Both the position numbers and the translations under genes were made by a program. Of a DNA stretch of 34,571 nucleotides, positions 1 through 10,300 are shown in pieces. The stretch is taken from positions 1-34,571 of IMG/VR virus record IMGVR_UViG_3300045988_057161; one strand, 5' to 3'. The DNA comes from a virus. Numbering within the stretch: position 1 is the first letter of the stretch; each line of letters begins with the position of its first letter. The notes beneath the pieces were generated by a model, which made no database searches, was not told where the DNA came from, and worked only from the letters and a program-made list of their open reading frames with translations.

Positions 1-55
1 GGTGAGGTTACGGAACGCATCGCCGGACGGGCTTTCGTACCCATGGGCGGTAAAG
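1..55. repeat. 55-bp sequence identical to window end (34517..34571). This is a circular-assembly overlap or terminal redundancy.
   Basis: Direct comparison: ggtgaggttacggaacgcatcgccggacgggctttcgtacccatgggcggtaaag occurs at both ends. An open frame on the minus strand reads through the junction without interruption. Confidence 0.9.
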
Positions 56-693
56 ACGTCCACCTCGGGGAGGCGTGCCACCTGGTCGAACAGGTCGCCG
101 TGCGCGTCCCGCCCCCGGCCGTCGGAGCCCAGGTGGATGAACCCGCCGGCGGCGACAGGGCCGTCATAGCCGAGGCGGCGCACGGCTTCCACCTGCTGCA
201 GCAGCGACCACACGTACTGGTCTGCCGACCCTGCCTGTTGGACGGGGTTGTCGTCGCCAAACAGCACCATCGGTTCGCCGGCCAAGGCGACACAATCCAT
301 GGTCGGGTAATCCTGGTAGGGGATGTCCGAGTCAGGGAAGTTCCGCCACAGAACCTCGCGGAAGTACGGCAGCCACTCCTGCCAAGTCCTGTAGTACGGG
401 TTCACCTTCTCCTTGATGAACAGGTTCCGCACATAGGACAGGTCCACCCACAGGCGCACGTTCGCGTCGCGTGCCCAACGCACCTTCGCGTCCAGTTCAC
501 CGAGTTTGTCGCCGCCGTTGTGCAGCGCCTGCGACGTAGAGTCGCCGAACAGGTCAGTGACCCGCATATGAGTGACGCCCAACCGACGGGCGCGCTGCGC
601 CCACAGCTCCCCGTTAGGCGCCCCGTTCGCTGATGCGATCACACAGCCTCGCAGCGCCTGGGCGCGCCGCCTTCTCTCCTCTGTAGGGCCCAT
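1..693 (-). CDS. Clan GH-A (GH5-like) glycoside hydrolase, N-terminal part. The gene wraps the window junction and continues at 34516..33911. Probable tail-associated polysaccharide depolymerase.
   Basis: My own translation of the minus strand from ATG 693..691 (alternative in-frame ATG at 753): MGPTEERRRRAQALRGCVIASANG...GVTHMRV...CVALAGEPMVLF...VFTAHGYES...RNLT. It runs off position 1 in frame and joins QIATQAGKPFILEEVGFND... at 34516. The pattern R / (N)EP-like acid-base (here GEP) / HxY / EE-V-G nucleophile / W is typical of (beta/alpha)8 clan GH-A enzymes. The ORF track omits it because there is no stop inside this half. High GC3. Confidence 0.6.
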   Translation of the reverse strand, partial: MGPTEERRRRAQALRGCVIASANGAPNGELWAQRARRLGVTHMRVTDLFGDSTSQALHNGGDKLGELDAKVRWARDANVRLWVDLSYVRNLFIKEKVNPYYRTWQEWLPYFREVLWRNFPDSDIPYQDYPTMDCVALAGEPMVLFGDDNPVQQAGSADQYVWSLLQQVEAVRRLGYDGPVAAGGFIHLGSDGRGRDAHGDLFDQVARLPEVDVFTAHGYESPSGDAFRNLT

Positions 694-779
694 AGTGGCC
701 ACACAAAACACCCCTCGCCGGATAGTAGTTACCTTCCACACCCATGATCTCATGAGGGCGGCGGGTAACAGGTTGACAG

Positions 780-1469
780 TCAGCGGGCGGCGCCGAGGCT
801 GATCACCCGGAACCTAGTGCCCGGGTACACGCCGCCGTCGTAATGCCAGAACGGGTCCGTTCCGTACGACCCGCACGTCGAGTACGCGGCCGTGTGTGTA
901 CCAGCGGGAACCTCCTGCTTCCATGACAGGTGGTGAGTCATGAACGTCCGGTTGTACTGGATCTCCGTCTGCCACAGGCCTGCGTTGTCCAGGATGAAAC
1001 CGAAGTAGTAGCTCCCGTTTGCCTTATCCTTGTCGGCTTCGGACGCGAAATCAGAATGGACGATGCTGACGCACACATCCAGGCTAAATTCGAGGAGAGA
1101 GCGGATCGGCAGGTTGAATCCGGTCTCCGCCCACCTTCGTGTCGTGTGGTCGGACGTCGGCCGGCCGCGACCGTTGGACGCGTCAGTCTTGTCGACCAGC
1201 ACGTCACAGAACCCAGCCACCGGCTGCAGCACGAATTGGTTGCCGGACCTAGTCCCGTCCGCCGAGTACAGGACACCAGCGATCAGAAACATCGCCGGAT
1301 GCACGACAGACACGACACCGGCCGGCGCCTGCGACAAGCGAGCCTGCGCCTCCGCCTGCGACGCGCACCGGATAAACGTACCGACGCTGTCCGCGTAGTC
1401 TCCCCACGCTGACAGGATCGGATCGGACGCGGTCGGGACCTTCGCCCCATCCCAACGGGTAGCACTCAT
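780..1469 (-). CDS. Minor tail / receptor-binding-module protein (unknown fold)
   Basis: 229-aa ORF with high GC3, directly downstream of the 1071-aa fibre gene in the tail module. No recognisable catalytic motif. Confidence 0.55.
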   Translation of the reverse strand: MSATRWDGAKVPTASDPILSAWGDYADSVGTFIRCASQAEAQARLSQAPAGVVSVVHPAMFLIAGVLYSADGTRSGNQFVLQPVAGFCDVLVDKTDASNGRGRPTSDHTTRRWAETGFNLPIRSLLEFSLDVCVSIVHSDFASEADKDKANGSYYFGFILDNAGLWQTEIQYNRTFMTHHLSWKQEVPAGTHTAAYSTCGSYGTDPFWHYDGGVYPGTRFRVISLGAAR

Positions 1470-1482
1470 AGTCTCATCCTAC

Positions 1483-4400
1483 TCAGTTCGAAATGTACAT
1501 TGCCGACAGGCGCATGTTATTAAGCTCGAGCCACCCATTCTCGGACCCCATGTCGGGGGTGCGGATCGCGAAGTGCCAGTACAAGCGGACATTCGTGCGC
1601 AACTGCATAAGCCCCGCGGCCGCCACCTTAACGCCCCTCACACCCGGCTCCAAGGCGACAGAGTTCCCGACAGCCAGATCCCAGTTCCCCGCCGGGTTCA
1701 ACTCCACAAGCAACGTCGTCCAGAGAGACGAATAGTGACTCGCTACCGTCGCCTGGATGGTGACCCAGTACAGGCCGCTATACACCGCCTGCGGAATGTT
1801 GTTCTTCCCGATACGAAAATCTTGGGCATCATACTCGAACCACTCGGTGTCATTCTGCAGCTTGCCCGGCCACCACTCCCAGTAGTTCCGCTGCAGGACT
1901 CGCTGCTGGTTCGTTGTCCCAATGAAGTGGGGCGGCATCACCAATGACTTCAGGGGACGCTGATACTCCAGCTGGTTGGTGCCGGCCGCATACATCTGCC
2001 CGTTAGTGAAACGGAACCACGCGTTAGTCCCTTTGTCGTCAGGCTGCGACTGGCGGAACAGCAGAGAGTTACCCTTCAGGCGGATCGTCGAAGTGTCATA
2101 CGCCGTCCGATACCAAAGCTTCAGGTTCTTGAACGAGACGCTTGTCGGCGAGTACAGCGGGAAGATGCGCAAGTAGTAGCGCCGAGTCCCCGCATCCCCT
2201 TTCTTCCAGTTCGCGATACTGATCGTCTGCCAGCCATCCAGGGTGCGGTTGCGGGACAGCTCAACACCGTCACGCAGCAGGACAATTTCCATCTCGGATG
2301 TCCCTCCCGTGTCAGCGCACCAGAAGTCCAAGGTCGCGTCAAACACGTCCCCGTCGGGCAGATCAACATAAGTCTCCCAGCACGCGTTGTACGTGAAGTC
2401 CAGGCGTGACGTGTACTTGCCGGTCATCTCCGTGTCCGACGCGGACGTGATCGTGCACAGTCCGTCAGCGTCAGAGCCGCCGTAGCGGTTCGCCCACGCT
2501 CGTGTCATAGGGACCGCCTGGGAGTTCCAGTCACCTTCGTCGGCGTCTACCGCTTTGTACGGCAGCCCTTTTTTGTTGAGCGACTCAGCAGACTCGGAGT
2601 ACGCATACATAGATGACCCGACGATTTTGGACCCAAAGATATTGTTGCCCTTCAGGTTACCGATCACCGCATCGCCAGTGATGGTTGCCTTGCCGGCGGT
2701 CAGCATGTCAGTAGTCACGGACGCGAACGCCGCCAATTTCGCCCACAGCTCTTTAGACGCGTAAATCGCATCCGACGTGACGCTGCCCGGAGCGAGTTTT
2801 GTGGCCCCCACAGCCTCCGTCAACGACACAAAAGCCACCTCGGCGCGACAGCCGGCCGTAGCCGACAGCTGGAACATGGTCGACGTGACACCAACATCCG
2901 GCGCCCATGACCACTCCTCGGTTCGCCAGCCGTAATCGTTGGCCTTGTACACGGGCCGGCAGACTTCTTTCGCTGCAGCCGTCGCGACCAGTGTGCCAGA
3001 GTTGCTGGAGTTATACCGATACGTCATCCGCAGCACCCAACGCTTCCCTGCGGGGAACGTGATCTTCTGTGTCACTTGCGCCCACGTCTGCGCCCCGGCC
3101 GGGTTGACGAACCGTACGCCGGTCACCAGGGCACCAGGGGCGCCAGACACGGTAGCCGCCAGCGTGACCGCCCTCGTATCTGACACTGTCCACACGGGCG
3201 ACGGCGAAGACGCAAACAGCGGCTCCCGCACCATGTTCTCCGGGTCTACCGACACCGAATGAGCGGCCACCGCCCCCAGGAACGCCGAGTCCGACGTAAT
3301 CACGTCGATCACCGCCTGCGGCATCTTGGCGCCGCCAGTCACCATGAGCTTCGACACGGACAGGCCGCCAATCTTCGCGTCAGTGATAGACGCGTCCGCG
3401 ATCTGCGCGGACCCAATCGCAGCATCACCGATCTGCGCAGACCCAATCGCCTTGTCGCCGATGAAGTTCGTGCCCGCCTGACTGAGTTGCCACACGGTGC
3501 CGTTCCACACGAACGCCTGACCGAGCTTCCCGTCAGCACCCTGCACCCACCACAGCGACCCGGCGGCCTTACCTTGCCCGTCGGCCGGCAGCGGGGCACG
3601 GGCGGCGATCGTCACTTTCCCGTCCAGAGAGGACATCCTCGCAGTCGCCTGGTCGGCGGCGTTCCGAGCCCCCAGAGCATCGGCGGCAGCCTTGTCCGCC
3701 TTCTCCGCAGCCCCCTGAGCGGCCGCAGCGGCACCGTCAGCCTTCCGCTTCGCAGCCAGAATGTCGTCGGCGGATGCGTCCTGCTTTGCCTTCAATACCG
3801 AGTAGTCGGCCTGTGCTTTCTGTGCGTCAGCCTGCGCGGACTTCGCGGCGGCCTGCGCCCCATCCGCAGTTGCCTTCACGGCGGCGGCGTTAGCGTCGGC
3901 CTTCTTCGCTGCCGTGTCAGCGTCCGCGGCTTTCTGCGCCGCGGTCTGCGCAGCGTCCGCGGCGTCCTGTGCTTTCACGTTCGCCTGGCCGGCGAGCGTC
4001 TGCGCGGCCTGCGCCAACGACTTCGCTTCCTCGGCGAGCGCCACCGCCTTCGCGTTGTCACCGGACTTCTTGACGGCCTCCTCGGCGCGCTTCGCCGTCT
4101 CTGCCGCCTGCTGCGCGGTTGTCTTCGCGGCGTCCGCGACGGAAGCCGCATCCTTCGCTGCCTTGTCGGCGGCCGTGATACGCCCGTCCATGCCCTTCAC
4201 GGAGTCCTGCACAGTGCCAACCGACGCAGCAGCAGCCTCCGCCTTCGCCCTGGCTGTCTGTGCGTCGCGAGCGGCAGCAGCCGCATCCCGCGCGGCGTTG
4301 TCGGCGCGGGTCTTCACCTCCGCGGCGGCCTTCTTCGCATCCACCGCGTCGTTCATGGCGTCCGCGATCTCCCTGCCGGCGGGGCCGAGACGCTCGATCT

Positions 4401-4698
4401 GGGTGCGCTCGTCCCCCGGCTCGTCCTGCCCGTCTGTGATCGCCAGCAGGGTGCCGTCAGGGTGCAGACGGACAGTGACCATAGCCCCCTGCCACGTGTA
4501 CAAGCCGGGCGTCTCGCCAGCCACGTACGTCTCAGGCTTGTCGTACGGCATACCGACGCGCACCCACCCAACGGGCAGGGTCGGGTCGGTTTTCGATGTG
4601 TCAACTACGCGGCCCTTCACCCAGCGGATCGTTGTGTCACGACGCTGGGACGCCTGGCTGCCCTCACGGAGCGCCAGGTACAGGCTGCTATCACTCAT
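1483..4698 (-). CDS. Tail fibre / minor tail protein with a long Ala-rich coiled coil and a C-terminal beta-rich binding region
   Basis: 1071-aa ORF. About 270 aa are Ala/Lys/Asp/Gln heptad-like coiled coil (AAKDAASVADAAKTTAQQAAETAKRAEEAVKK...). This is followed by IGSAQIGDAAIGSAQIADASITDAKIGG repeats typical of actinophage fibres. Position is after Tal. Confidence 0.7.
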   Translation of the reverse strand: MSDSSLYLALREGSQASQRRDTTIRWVKGRVVDTSKTDPTLPVGWVRVGMPYDKPETYVAGETPGLYTWQGAMVTVRLHPDGTLLAITDGQDEPGDERTQIERLGPAGREIADAMNDAVDAKKAAAEVKTRADNAARDAAAAARDAQTARAKAEAAAASVGTVQDSVKGMDGRITAADKAAKDAASVADAAKTTAQQAAETAKRAEEAVKKSGDNAKAVALAEEAKSLAQAAQTLAGQANVKAQDAADAAQTAAQKAADADTAAKKADANAAAVKATADGAQAAAKSAQADAQKAQADYSVLKAKQDASADDILAAKRKADGAAAAAQGAAEKADKAAADALGARNAADQATARMSSLDGKVTIAARAPLPADGQGKAAGSLWWVQGADGKLGQAFVWNGTVWQLSQAGTNFIGDKAIGSAQIGDAAIGSAQIADASITDAKIGGLSVSKLMVTGGAKMPQAVIDVITSDSAFLGAVAAHSVSVDPENMVREPLFASSPSPVWTVSDTRAVTLAATVSGAPGALVTGVRFVNPAGAQTWAQVTQKITFPAGKRWVLRMTYRYNSSNSGTLVATAAAKEVCRPVYKANDYGWRTEEWSWAPDVGVTSTMFQLSATAGCRAEVAFVSLTEAVGATKLAPGSVTSDAIYASKELWAKLAAFASVTTDMLTAGKATITGDAVIGNLKGNNIFGSKIVGSSMYAYSESAESLNKKGLPYKAVDADEGDWNSQAVPMTRAWANRYGGSDADGLCTITSASDTEMTGKYTSRLDFTYNACWETYVDLPDGDVFDATLDFWCADTGGTSEMEIVLLRDGVELSRNRTLDGWQTISIANWKKGDAGTRRYYLRIFPLYSPTSVSFKNLKLWYRTAYDTSTIRLKGNSLLFRQSQPDDKGTNAWFRFTNGQMYAAGTNQLEYQRPLKSLVMPPHFIGTTNQQRVLQRNYWEWWPGKLQNDTEWFEYDAQDFRIGKNNIPQAVYSGLYWVTIQATVASHYSSLWTTLLVELNPAGNWDLAVGNSVALEPGVRGVKVAAAGLMQLRTNVRLYWHFAIRTPDMGSENGWLELNNMRLSAMYISN

Positions 4699-4711
4699 GC
4701 GGTCTCCTCCC

Positions 4712-6055
4712 CTACAGGTGGCGGCGAGCTTCCCGTCCGATCACCGTCATCGTGCGAGACACGTCAGACAGCGAGCATGAGTAGCTCGAGACAATGATAG
4801 CAATCCACTCGCCCTCCTTGATTTCGAAGGCGAGGAGGTCGCCGATCTCGATGCGAGGGTCGAACGCCATCTCCACTTTCCACGACGGGAGCCGATCGCG
4901 GGCATGGAACGCATCCAAGTTCGCCTGCTCCACCATCTTCGACCACGACTTATCCGACGACAGATCTGTGACCTTCGTTACCCGACCGTAGTGCTTCGGG
5001 TCGTACGGGGCGCCGTAGTACTGCATCCCGATGTGAAAGTCGTACGTGTAGTTCGACTTCCACCCGGTCGTCTTCCCCTTGTCATCGACCTCACGCCCCC
5101 AGCCTGGCCACAGGTTGTGCCGCCACTGCCAAGCCGTGTTCTTCGCGTTCTGGTACAGCTCATCTCTCTGCCCCCACGCGGACGTCGTGGGCTTACTCTC
5201 CCACAAGAGATTCAACGCCTCATCAACCTCGGTGTCATGGTCCGACCGTTTGATCGCGTCCGCCCACGACTTGTTCCCGGACAGCGAGTACGACTTCGTG
5301 CCGTCCCCCTTCGCATTGATCTCGATCATGTTCGGCAGCCGCCCCGACGGATCTTCAGTCCGCTGCGCGTCCACGAGCAGACCGGACGCCAGCGGATACG
5401 TCTCATCTGGGGTCTGCCAATTCTCCCGCCGCGCGTACGCCTCGATCTTCCCGCCGTACCCCATACGCACGTCCGCGCCGCACGAGTCCGCCAGCATAAT
5501 CACTGACGCCAGTCGGTTCGGCGGCATCTGCAACGACGCCATCGGCGCGACGTTCCGCACCTTCGGGTCCACCCAAATGTACGTGTGTTCCGGGACCGGG
5601 TTCAGGCGGCGCATCTCCGACAGCAGAGTCCCTCCCAACCAAGGCGAGTGCGGGAATGGCAGCGGGTTCTCCTCCAGGTCCAACAACATGTCCTTGGCCT
5701 GCACGGTCGCCTCCTCCGGGTTTGCCGGGGAGTCCGTGATCCGGAAATGCCCGAACGGAACATCCCACCCCTCGCCCTCACGAGGGCGGACCTCCAGAAC
5801 AGGGCACAGCTCCTGCCCGTAGTTCGCCAGTGGGTCGGTCGGGCCTTTCGCCGCCAGCTGGCGGGGGGCGTTCAACGTCAGCCGCGCCGGGGCGGTCGGG
5901 TTCGAGTCCGCCTTCGTGCCGAGCTTCCCCCAGTCCAGCTGCACGTTGTACACGGGCAGGTCCCGCCACTCGATCTTCCCGCCGTAGCGGACGTCCACGC
6001 GGACACGCCACCGGGCCGGCTGGCCCATGTCGAACAGGCTAGGGCCGGGCCTCAT
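4712..6055 (-). CDS. Tal-like tail tip / baseplate hub protein (minor tail protein)
   Basis: ORF 4712..6082. The preferred start is ATG 6055, which forms an ATGA overlap with the stop of the upstream Dit gene. The third gene after the tape measure is the canonical Tal position in siphoviruses. Confidence 0.55.
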   Translation of the reverse strand: MRPGPSLFDMGQPARWRVRVDVRYGGKIEWRDLPVYNVQLDWGKLGTKADSNPTAPARLTLNAPRQLAAKGPTDPLANYGQELCPVLEVRPREGEGWDVPFGHFRITDSPANPEEATVQAKDMLLDLEENPLPFPHSPWLGGTLLSEMRRLNPVPEHTYIWVDPKVRNVAPMASLQMPPNRLASVIMLADSCGADVRMGYGGKIEAYARRENWQTPDETYPLASGLLVDAQRTEDPSGRLPNMIEINAKGDGTKSYSLSGNKSWADAIKRSDHDTEVDEALNLLWESKPTTSAWGQRDELYQNAKNTAWQWRHNLWPGWGREVDDKGKTTGWKSNYTYDFHIGMQYYGAPYDPKHYGRVTKVTDLSSDKSWSKMVEQANLDAFHARDRLPSWKVEMAFDPRIEIGDLLAFEIKEGEWIAIIVSSYSCSLSDVSRTMTVIGREARRHL

Positions 6056-7335
6056 GACGGCATCCCTGCCACGTAACGGCACACGTCGTTGTACGTGCGC
6101 GAGGTGACGTCTGGAATGTCCGACAGGGACAGATCCGCGATGCCGACCTCAGCGAACTCGACTGTCGGCAGCGGGTCACCGTCGAGCAGCAGGCACGGCG
6201 CGACCCAGTCCGCGCCGGCCTGGATCACGGTTGTCGCTTTTATGAGCACCCACCCGTTCGCGTCAGGCTTCCCGTACGTCTGGTTGTTCGGATGACTGAA
6301 GCTGCGTTTCGTTGAGTCGGGGCCACGGCCGTTCGACAGCCACAGGCCAATCAACACGTTCGACAGGTCGGTGTCGCCGCCGATACGCCGCACATAGGCA
6401 GACACTTCCACGGTGTGGCCGACCGGCACCTGCCGGAAGCTAGACGTGCCTGCCGTCGGGGTGACAGTGCGAACACCCCCGCCGCGGGTCGGCCGACCGT
6501 GCGGCGACCAGTTCTCAGAAATGTCGCCGCCGAGCAGCTTGTCGTCCTCCGGGTGCGTGGCGCCGCCCCACAGGTAGGCGACATTCCGCTTGATGTCGCC
6601 GGCGGCGAGCTTCGCCTCCCAGTCCAGCCATTCACCCCAGGTGACGCACGGCGCCCACGAACCCATCCGAGTGCCGTACATGCCGAGCCACCGCTCAGTG
6701 TGGCGGACCATCTCCGAGGGGCGTTCTGTCACGGACAGCTCCCACTGGACGGTGCCAGCCAAGCGCGACTCGGTCTGTTGCGCGGTCGCTTTCTGCACGG
6801 CCACCACACGGATCGGGCGGATCGTGCACGACGGAATCCGGCAGGCGTCGCCGTCGTGAGCGACCACGAGGTAGCCGGGCCGCTGCGTGAGCGCGCGGAG
6901 CGTCTCGTAGTCGGCGCGGCCTTTCGTCCGGTAGGTGATCGTGTACGACAGCGGCTCCGCGGACTGCCCCCACCGGTCAAGGGTTCCGGCTGACGTGGAC
7001 AAGGTCGTCAAGCCGGCAGAGAACGACTCTTCGTTTGCCTCAACGATGTGCCCTTTGACGGCAACGTGGCCGGTCTCGTCGGAGATGATGTCCGCCCCGA
7101 TGGACGTGCGCACCGCGGTCGTGTCGGACGCGCCGACCTGCGTGTACGTGGTCTCTTCGCCGATCGGCGCCAGCGGGTCGCTGATGCACTCAGAGTCAGT
7201 AGGATGCCAGATGAGTACCCGGTTGTCGTCCGACTTTACGTACACGGGTATCGCCGCAGCGCCCTCAGGTGACGGGTTCGGCTGCAGGGACAGCATCCCA
7301 GTGTGCTGCGCCGTGAAGGCTTTCATTGTTGCCAT
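6052..7335 (-). CDS. Distal tail protein (Dit) with C-terminal extension
   Basis: 427-aa ORF starting 5 nt after the tape measure stop. The call rests on synteny (TMP-Dit-Tal). It is longer than a minimal Dit, so an evolved Dit with an added domain is likely. Confidence 0.55.
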   Translation of the reverse strand: MATMKAFTAQHTGMLSLQPNPSPEGAAAIPVYVKSDDNRVLIWHPTDSECISDPLAPIGEETTYTQVGASDTTAVRTSIGADIISDETGHVAVKGHIVEANEESFSAGLTTLSTSAGTLDRWGQSAEPLSYTITYRTKGRADYETLRALTQRPGYLVVAHDGDACRIPSCTIRPIRVVAVQKATAQQTESRLAGTVQWELSVTERPSEMVRHTERWLGMYGTRMGSWAPCVTWGEWLDWEAKLAAGDIKRNVAYLWGGATHPEDDKLLGGDISENWSPHGRPTRGGGVRTVTPTAGTSSFRQVPVGHTVEVSAYVRRIGGDTDLSNVLIGLWLSNGRGPDSTKRSFSHPNNQTYGKPDANGWVLIKATTVIQAGADWVAPCLLLDGDPLPTVEFAEVGIADLSLSDIPDVTSRTYNDVCRYVAGMPS

Positions 7336-7339
7336 GCGG

Positions 7340-10300
7340 TCATCTTCCCATCATCCGGTTCGCTGTGACGATGCGTCCGTCCGCGACGGACTTCATTCTG
7401 GTAGTCAGGGTAGTCTGCCCGTCCACGGTCAGCTCCAGGTTCATCCCGTCCATGGCTTTGCGCAGCTGCTTCACGGACACGCCGCCGACGCCGGTGATGG
7501 ACGGCGAGGACGCGGCCAGGGCGCCCCCGTCGGCGAACCGCCTCGCCTCCATGTAGTTGCGGATGTCGCCGTCGCGGATCATTTTCCGCAGGCGGTACAC
7601 GGCGTCCTGGCCGCCGGCCGCGGCGACTTCCGCGGCTGTAAGGACGTGCTCTCCGTTGGACAGCCACGCGGGGATCCAGTCGTCGCGCCCGCCGCCAGGG
7701 CCGTGCACGGCGCCGGCGTTCGCGTACCCCTTGATCGGGGTGATGGGGCCGCCGTCCGCTCGCAGCCAGGAGCCTTTCGGTACGTGGTCACCGATCCAAT
7801 GGCCGACAGACGTGAAGATTTGCTTAATCCGCGTGGTGATACTGATCTCCTTGTCGTGGAGTTGGTCTATGTTGTATTTGACCGTGCGGACTTTGCCACT
7901 GGCCTGGTCGTTGCCGCTGATGGTGACCGTGCCCGTGGTGTTGTCAATCTCAGTGTGGACTGAGTCTTTCTCCCAGCGGGCGCCCGTGGCGTCTCCGAGG
8001 ATGGAGACGGTGCCGTCGCTGTTGTCGATCGTCTGCACGGTTTCCTGCAGTCCGGCCAGCCCCTGGTCGTTGTCCGCGTCGATTTCAACGACGCCGGTCG
8101 TGCCGTTGATCGAGTCGGCGGTCACTGTCAGGGTGTAGTCGGCGTTTGCCGCATCACCGGAAATGCTGATCGTCCCCGTCATGCCGTTAATCTCGGCTGT
8201 GGCACCATCCGCCGTCTCGGTCGCCTGTGTCGCGTCTGCACTGATCTCGGTTGTCACTTTCTCCGGGATCAGCCCGTACTTGTCGGCAAGCTCGACCGCC
8301 TCATCTTCAGTGAGCCCCATTGACTCGGCGGCGGAGATGAAGGCGTCCCGACCGGTTTGCATCTTCTCCTGCAGTTCCTCCTGGCCGGCACCGGCAGCCT
8401 GCGCAGCCTGCACCTGCGCGAACGTCGCAGACGCCAAGTCGTTCAACGCTGACTGGTTTTTCCGCCCCTTCTCCGTGGTGATGTCCAGGGTGGCGCCGTT
8501 CTCCTTGACAGCGTCATTTACATTCTTCAGCGCCTCCTGGAACTTGATATCCGCGTTGCTGTTGGCAATCACGGTATCGCCGTAGGTTTTGATCCCCTTA
8601 ATGACTTCCTCAATGGACGGGACGATCTGGTCGGTGCCTTCTTTCGCCTTGCGGATCGCGGCGTCTAACTGGGACGTGCCCCCGGCCGCCTGCTGGGCGT
8701 TCGGGTCGATCTGACCAAGTGCGATCGCGAGGCGCGTATTGTCGTCCGCTGTCAGTCCCATCTGCTTGGCGACCTCATTCAGGTGCGACTTGAAGTCCGG
8801 CATAGAGTTGATCAGGTCGATCATGCTCTTGTTCGTGCCGTTCGACATCTCGGACGACAGCTTTTTGAACTGAACTACGGCGTCGTCCGTGGACATGCCG
8901 GACAGGGCCTTACCTGTCGTCTCAAGGGCGTCCTTCGTGCGCTGCAGGTCGGAGCGAGTGTCCGCTCCGAAGGCGCCGGCGATGCCGTCGGCGAAGCTAG
9001 CCAAGTGCTGCTGCACGGACGACCACACGGACGGGCGGCTGATGTCCGCCAGGGCCTGCGAATACTCCTGCAGAGAGTACTTGCCTTTGTCGAAGTCCAA
9101 GTTGTTCATGACGGAGCCACCATGGGCGAGCGCCGTGGACATTTCATCCACGGATACGCCGGTGCGACGCACTTCGTCACCGTAGTGCTTGACGCCCTCA
9201 ATCAGGGCGGCAGTGATCATCATTCGCCCTGCCCGACCGAAACCAGTCATGCCCGTGGCGACTTCGCCGAGCTTCCCCTTCAGGCCGGCCGCCGTCCAGT
9301 TCAGCGTGTTCATGGCGTCCTTGATCTCGACAATTTTCGGCGCCATCACCATGAGGCCGCCGACCGCGGTTAGGGCCGCGCCTCCGAACGCGGCGAAGTT
9401 CATGATCATGGACTGGGTGCCGCTGCCAAGCTCCCCGAGCTTATCGACCAGGGACGTGATGTGCTGAACAACGGAACGCACGGGCGCCTGCGAAGACGAC
9501 CCGATCTTGATCATGGCGGTCTCCCAAGATCCGCCAAGCTTCTCGATATCACCCTTCAAATTGTCTTGCTTCAGGCGGGCGGTCTCAGCGGCGTAGCCGG
9601 CATCATTGACTTTGTCGATCCAACCCTGGATGCCTTCGCCGCCCTCGTTGTACAGAACGTTCGCGGCACGGATAGCGTCCGACCCGAAGATGGTCGACAT
9701 TGCCGTGTTGCGCTCCTCCTCCCCGAGATCCTTCATGCCGTTGCGCAGCTGCTCTGCGACAGCGGTAATCCCGATGAAGTGCCCCTGAGCGTCGTAAATA
9801 TGGATGCCCAAGTCATCCATTGCGTTCTTGGCGCCCTTGGAAGGGTTCTCCAGGCGCTGAAGCATCGTCTTGAAGCTCGTACCGGCGTCTTGGCCGATCA
9901 GGCCTGCGGACGCGAAAGCGGCGATCGAGCCTGTCGTTTCCTCGATACTCAGGCCGGCCTGCGAGGCGACAAGGCCAGACTGCTTCAGGGCGTATGCCAT
10001 GTCGTGGACGCCGCCCTGCGCTTTGCCGGCGCCAGCGGCCAGCAGGTCCGCGACGTGGGTCACCTTATCGCCGGACAGGTTGAACTGCACCATTGCGGTC
10101 GCCGCGGTCTCAGCCGCCTCGGACACGCTGATCTCACCCGCGGCGGCCAGGTCGAGAGCGCCCGAAAGGCCTCCCGCGAGAATGTCTTTTGTGGATACGC
10201 CGGCTTTGGCTAGCTCCTCGATGCCGGAGGCCGCCTCTGTCGCAGAGAATGCGGTATCCGCGCCGGCCTGGATAGCGGCCTCGCGCAGCTGGGACATCTC

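Noticed and set aside
1-55. 55-bp terminal identity as a biological att site or genuine direct terminal repeat
   Set aside because: An ORF reads straight through the join, and 55 is a common assembler k-mer length. Circular-assembly overlap is the simpler explanation. It cannot be fully excluded without reads.
3630-4330. Ala-rich repetitive DNA in the fibre gene as a DGR variable region or hypervariable cassette
   Set aside because: No reverse transcriptase or template repeat is present anywhere in the genome. The repetition is that of an Ala/Lys/Asp/Gln coiled coil, not a VR/TR pair with A-specific differences.
3259-4797. 512-aa plus-strand ORF (Arg/Leu/Gly-rich), with similar long antisense ORFs at 14155..15477, 17755..19101, 20010..21401, 24551..25582 and 43..633
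   Set aside because: They lie antisense to well-supported genes (fibre, capsid, terminase, endolysin, initiator, glycosidase). Their composition is Arg/Gly/Pro/Val-rich low-complexity, and they lack SD sites. These are typical shadow ORFs of high-GC DNA.
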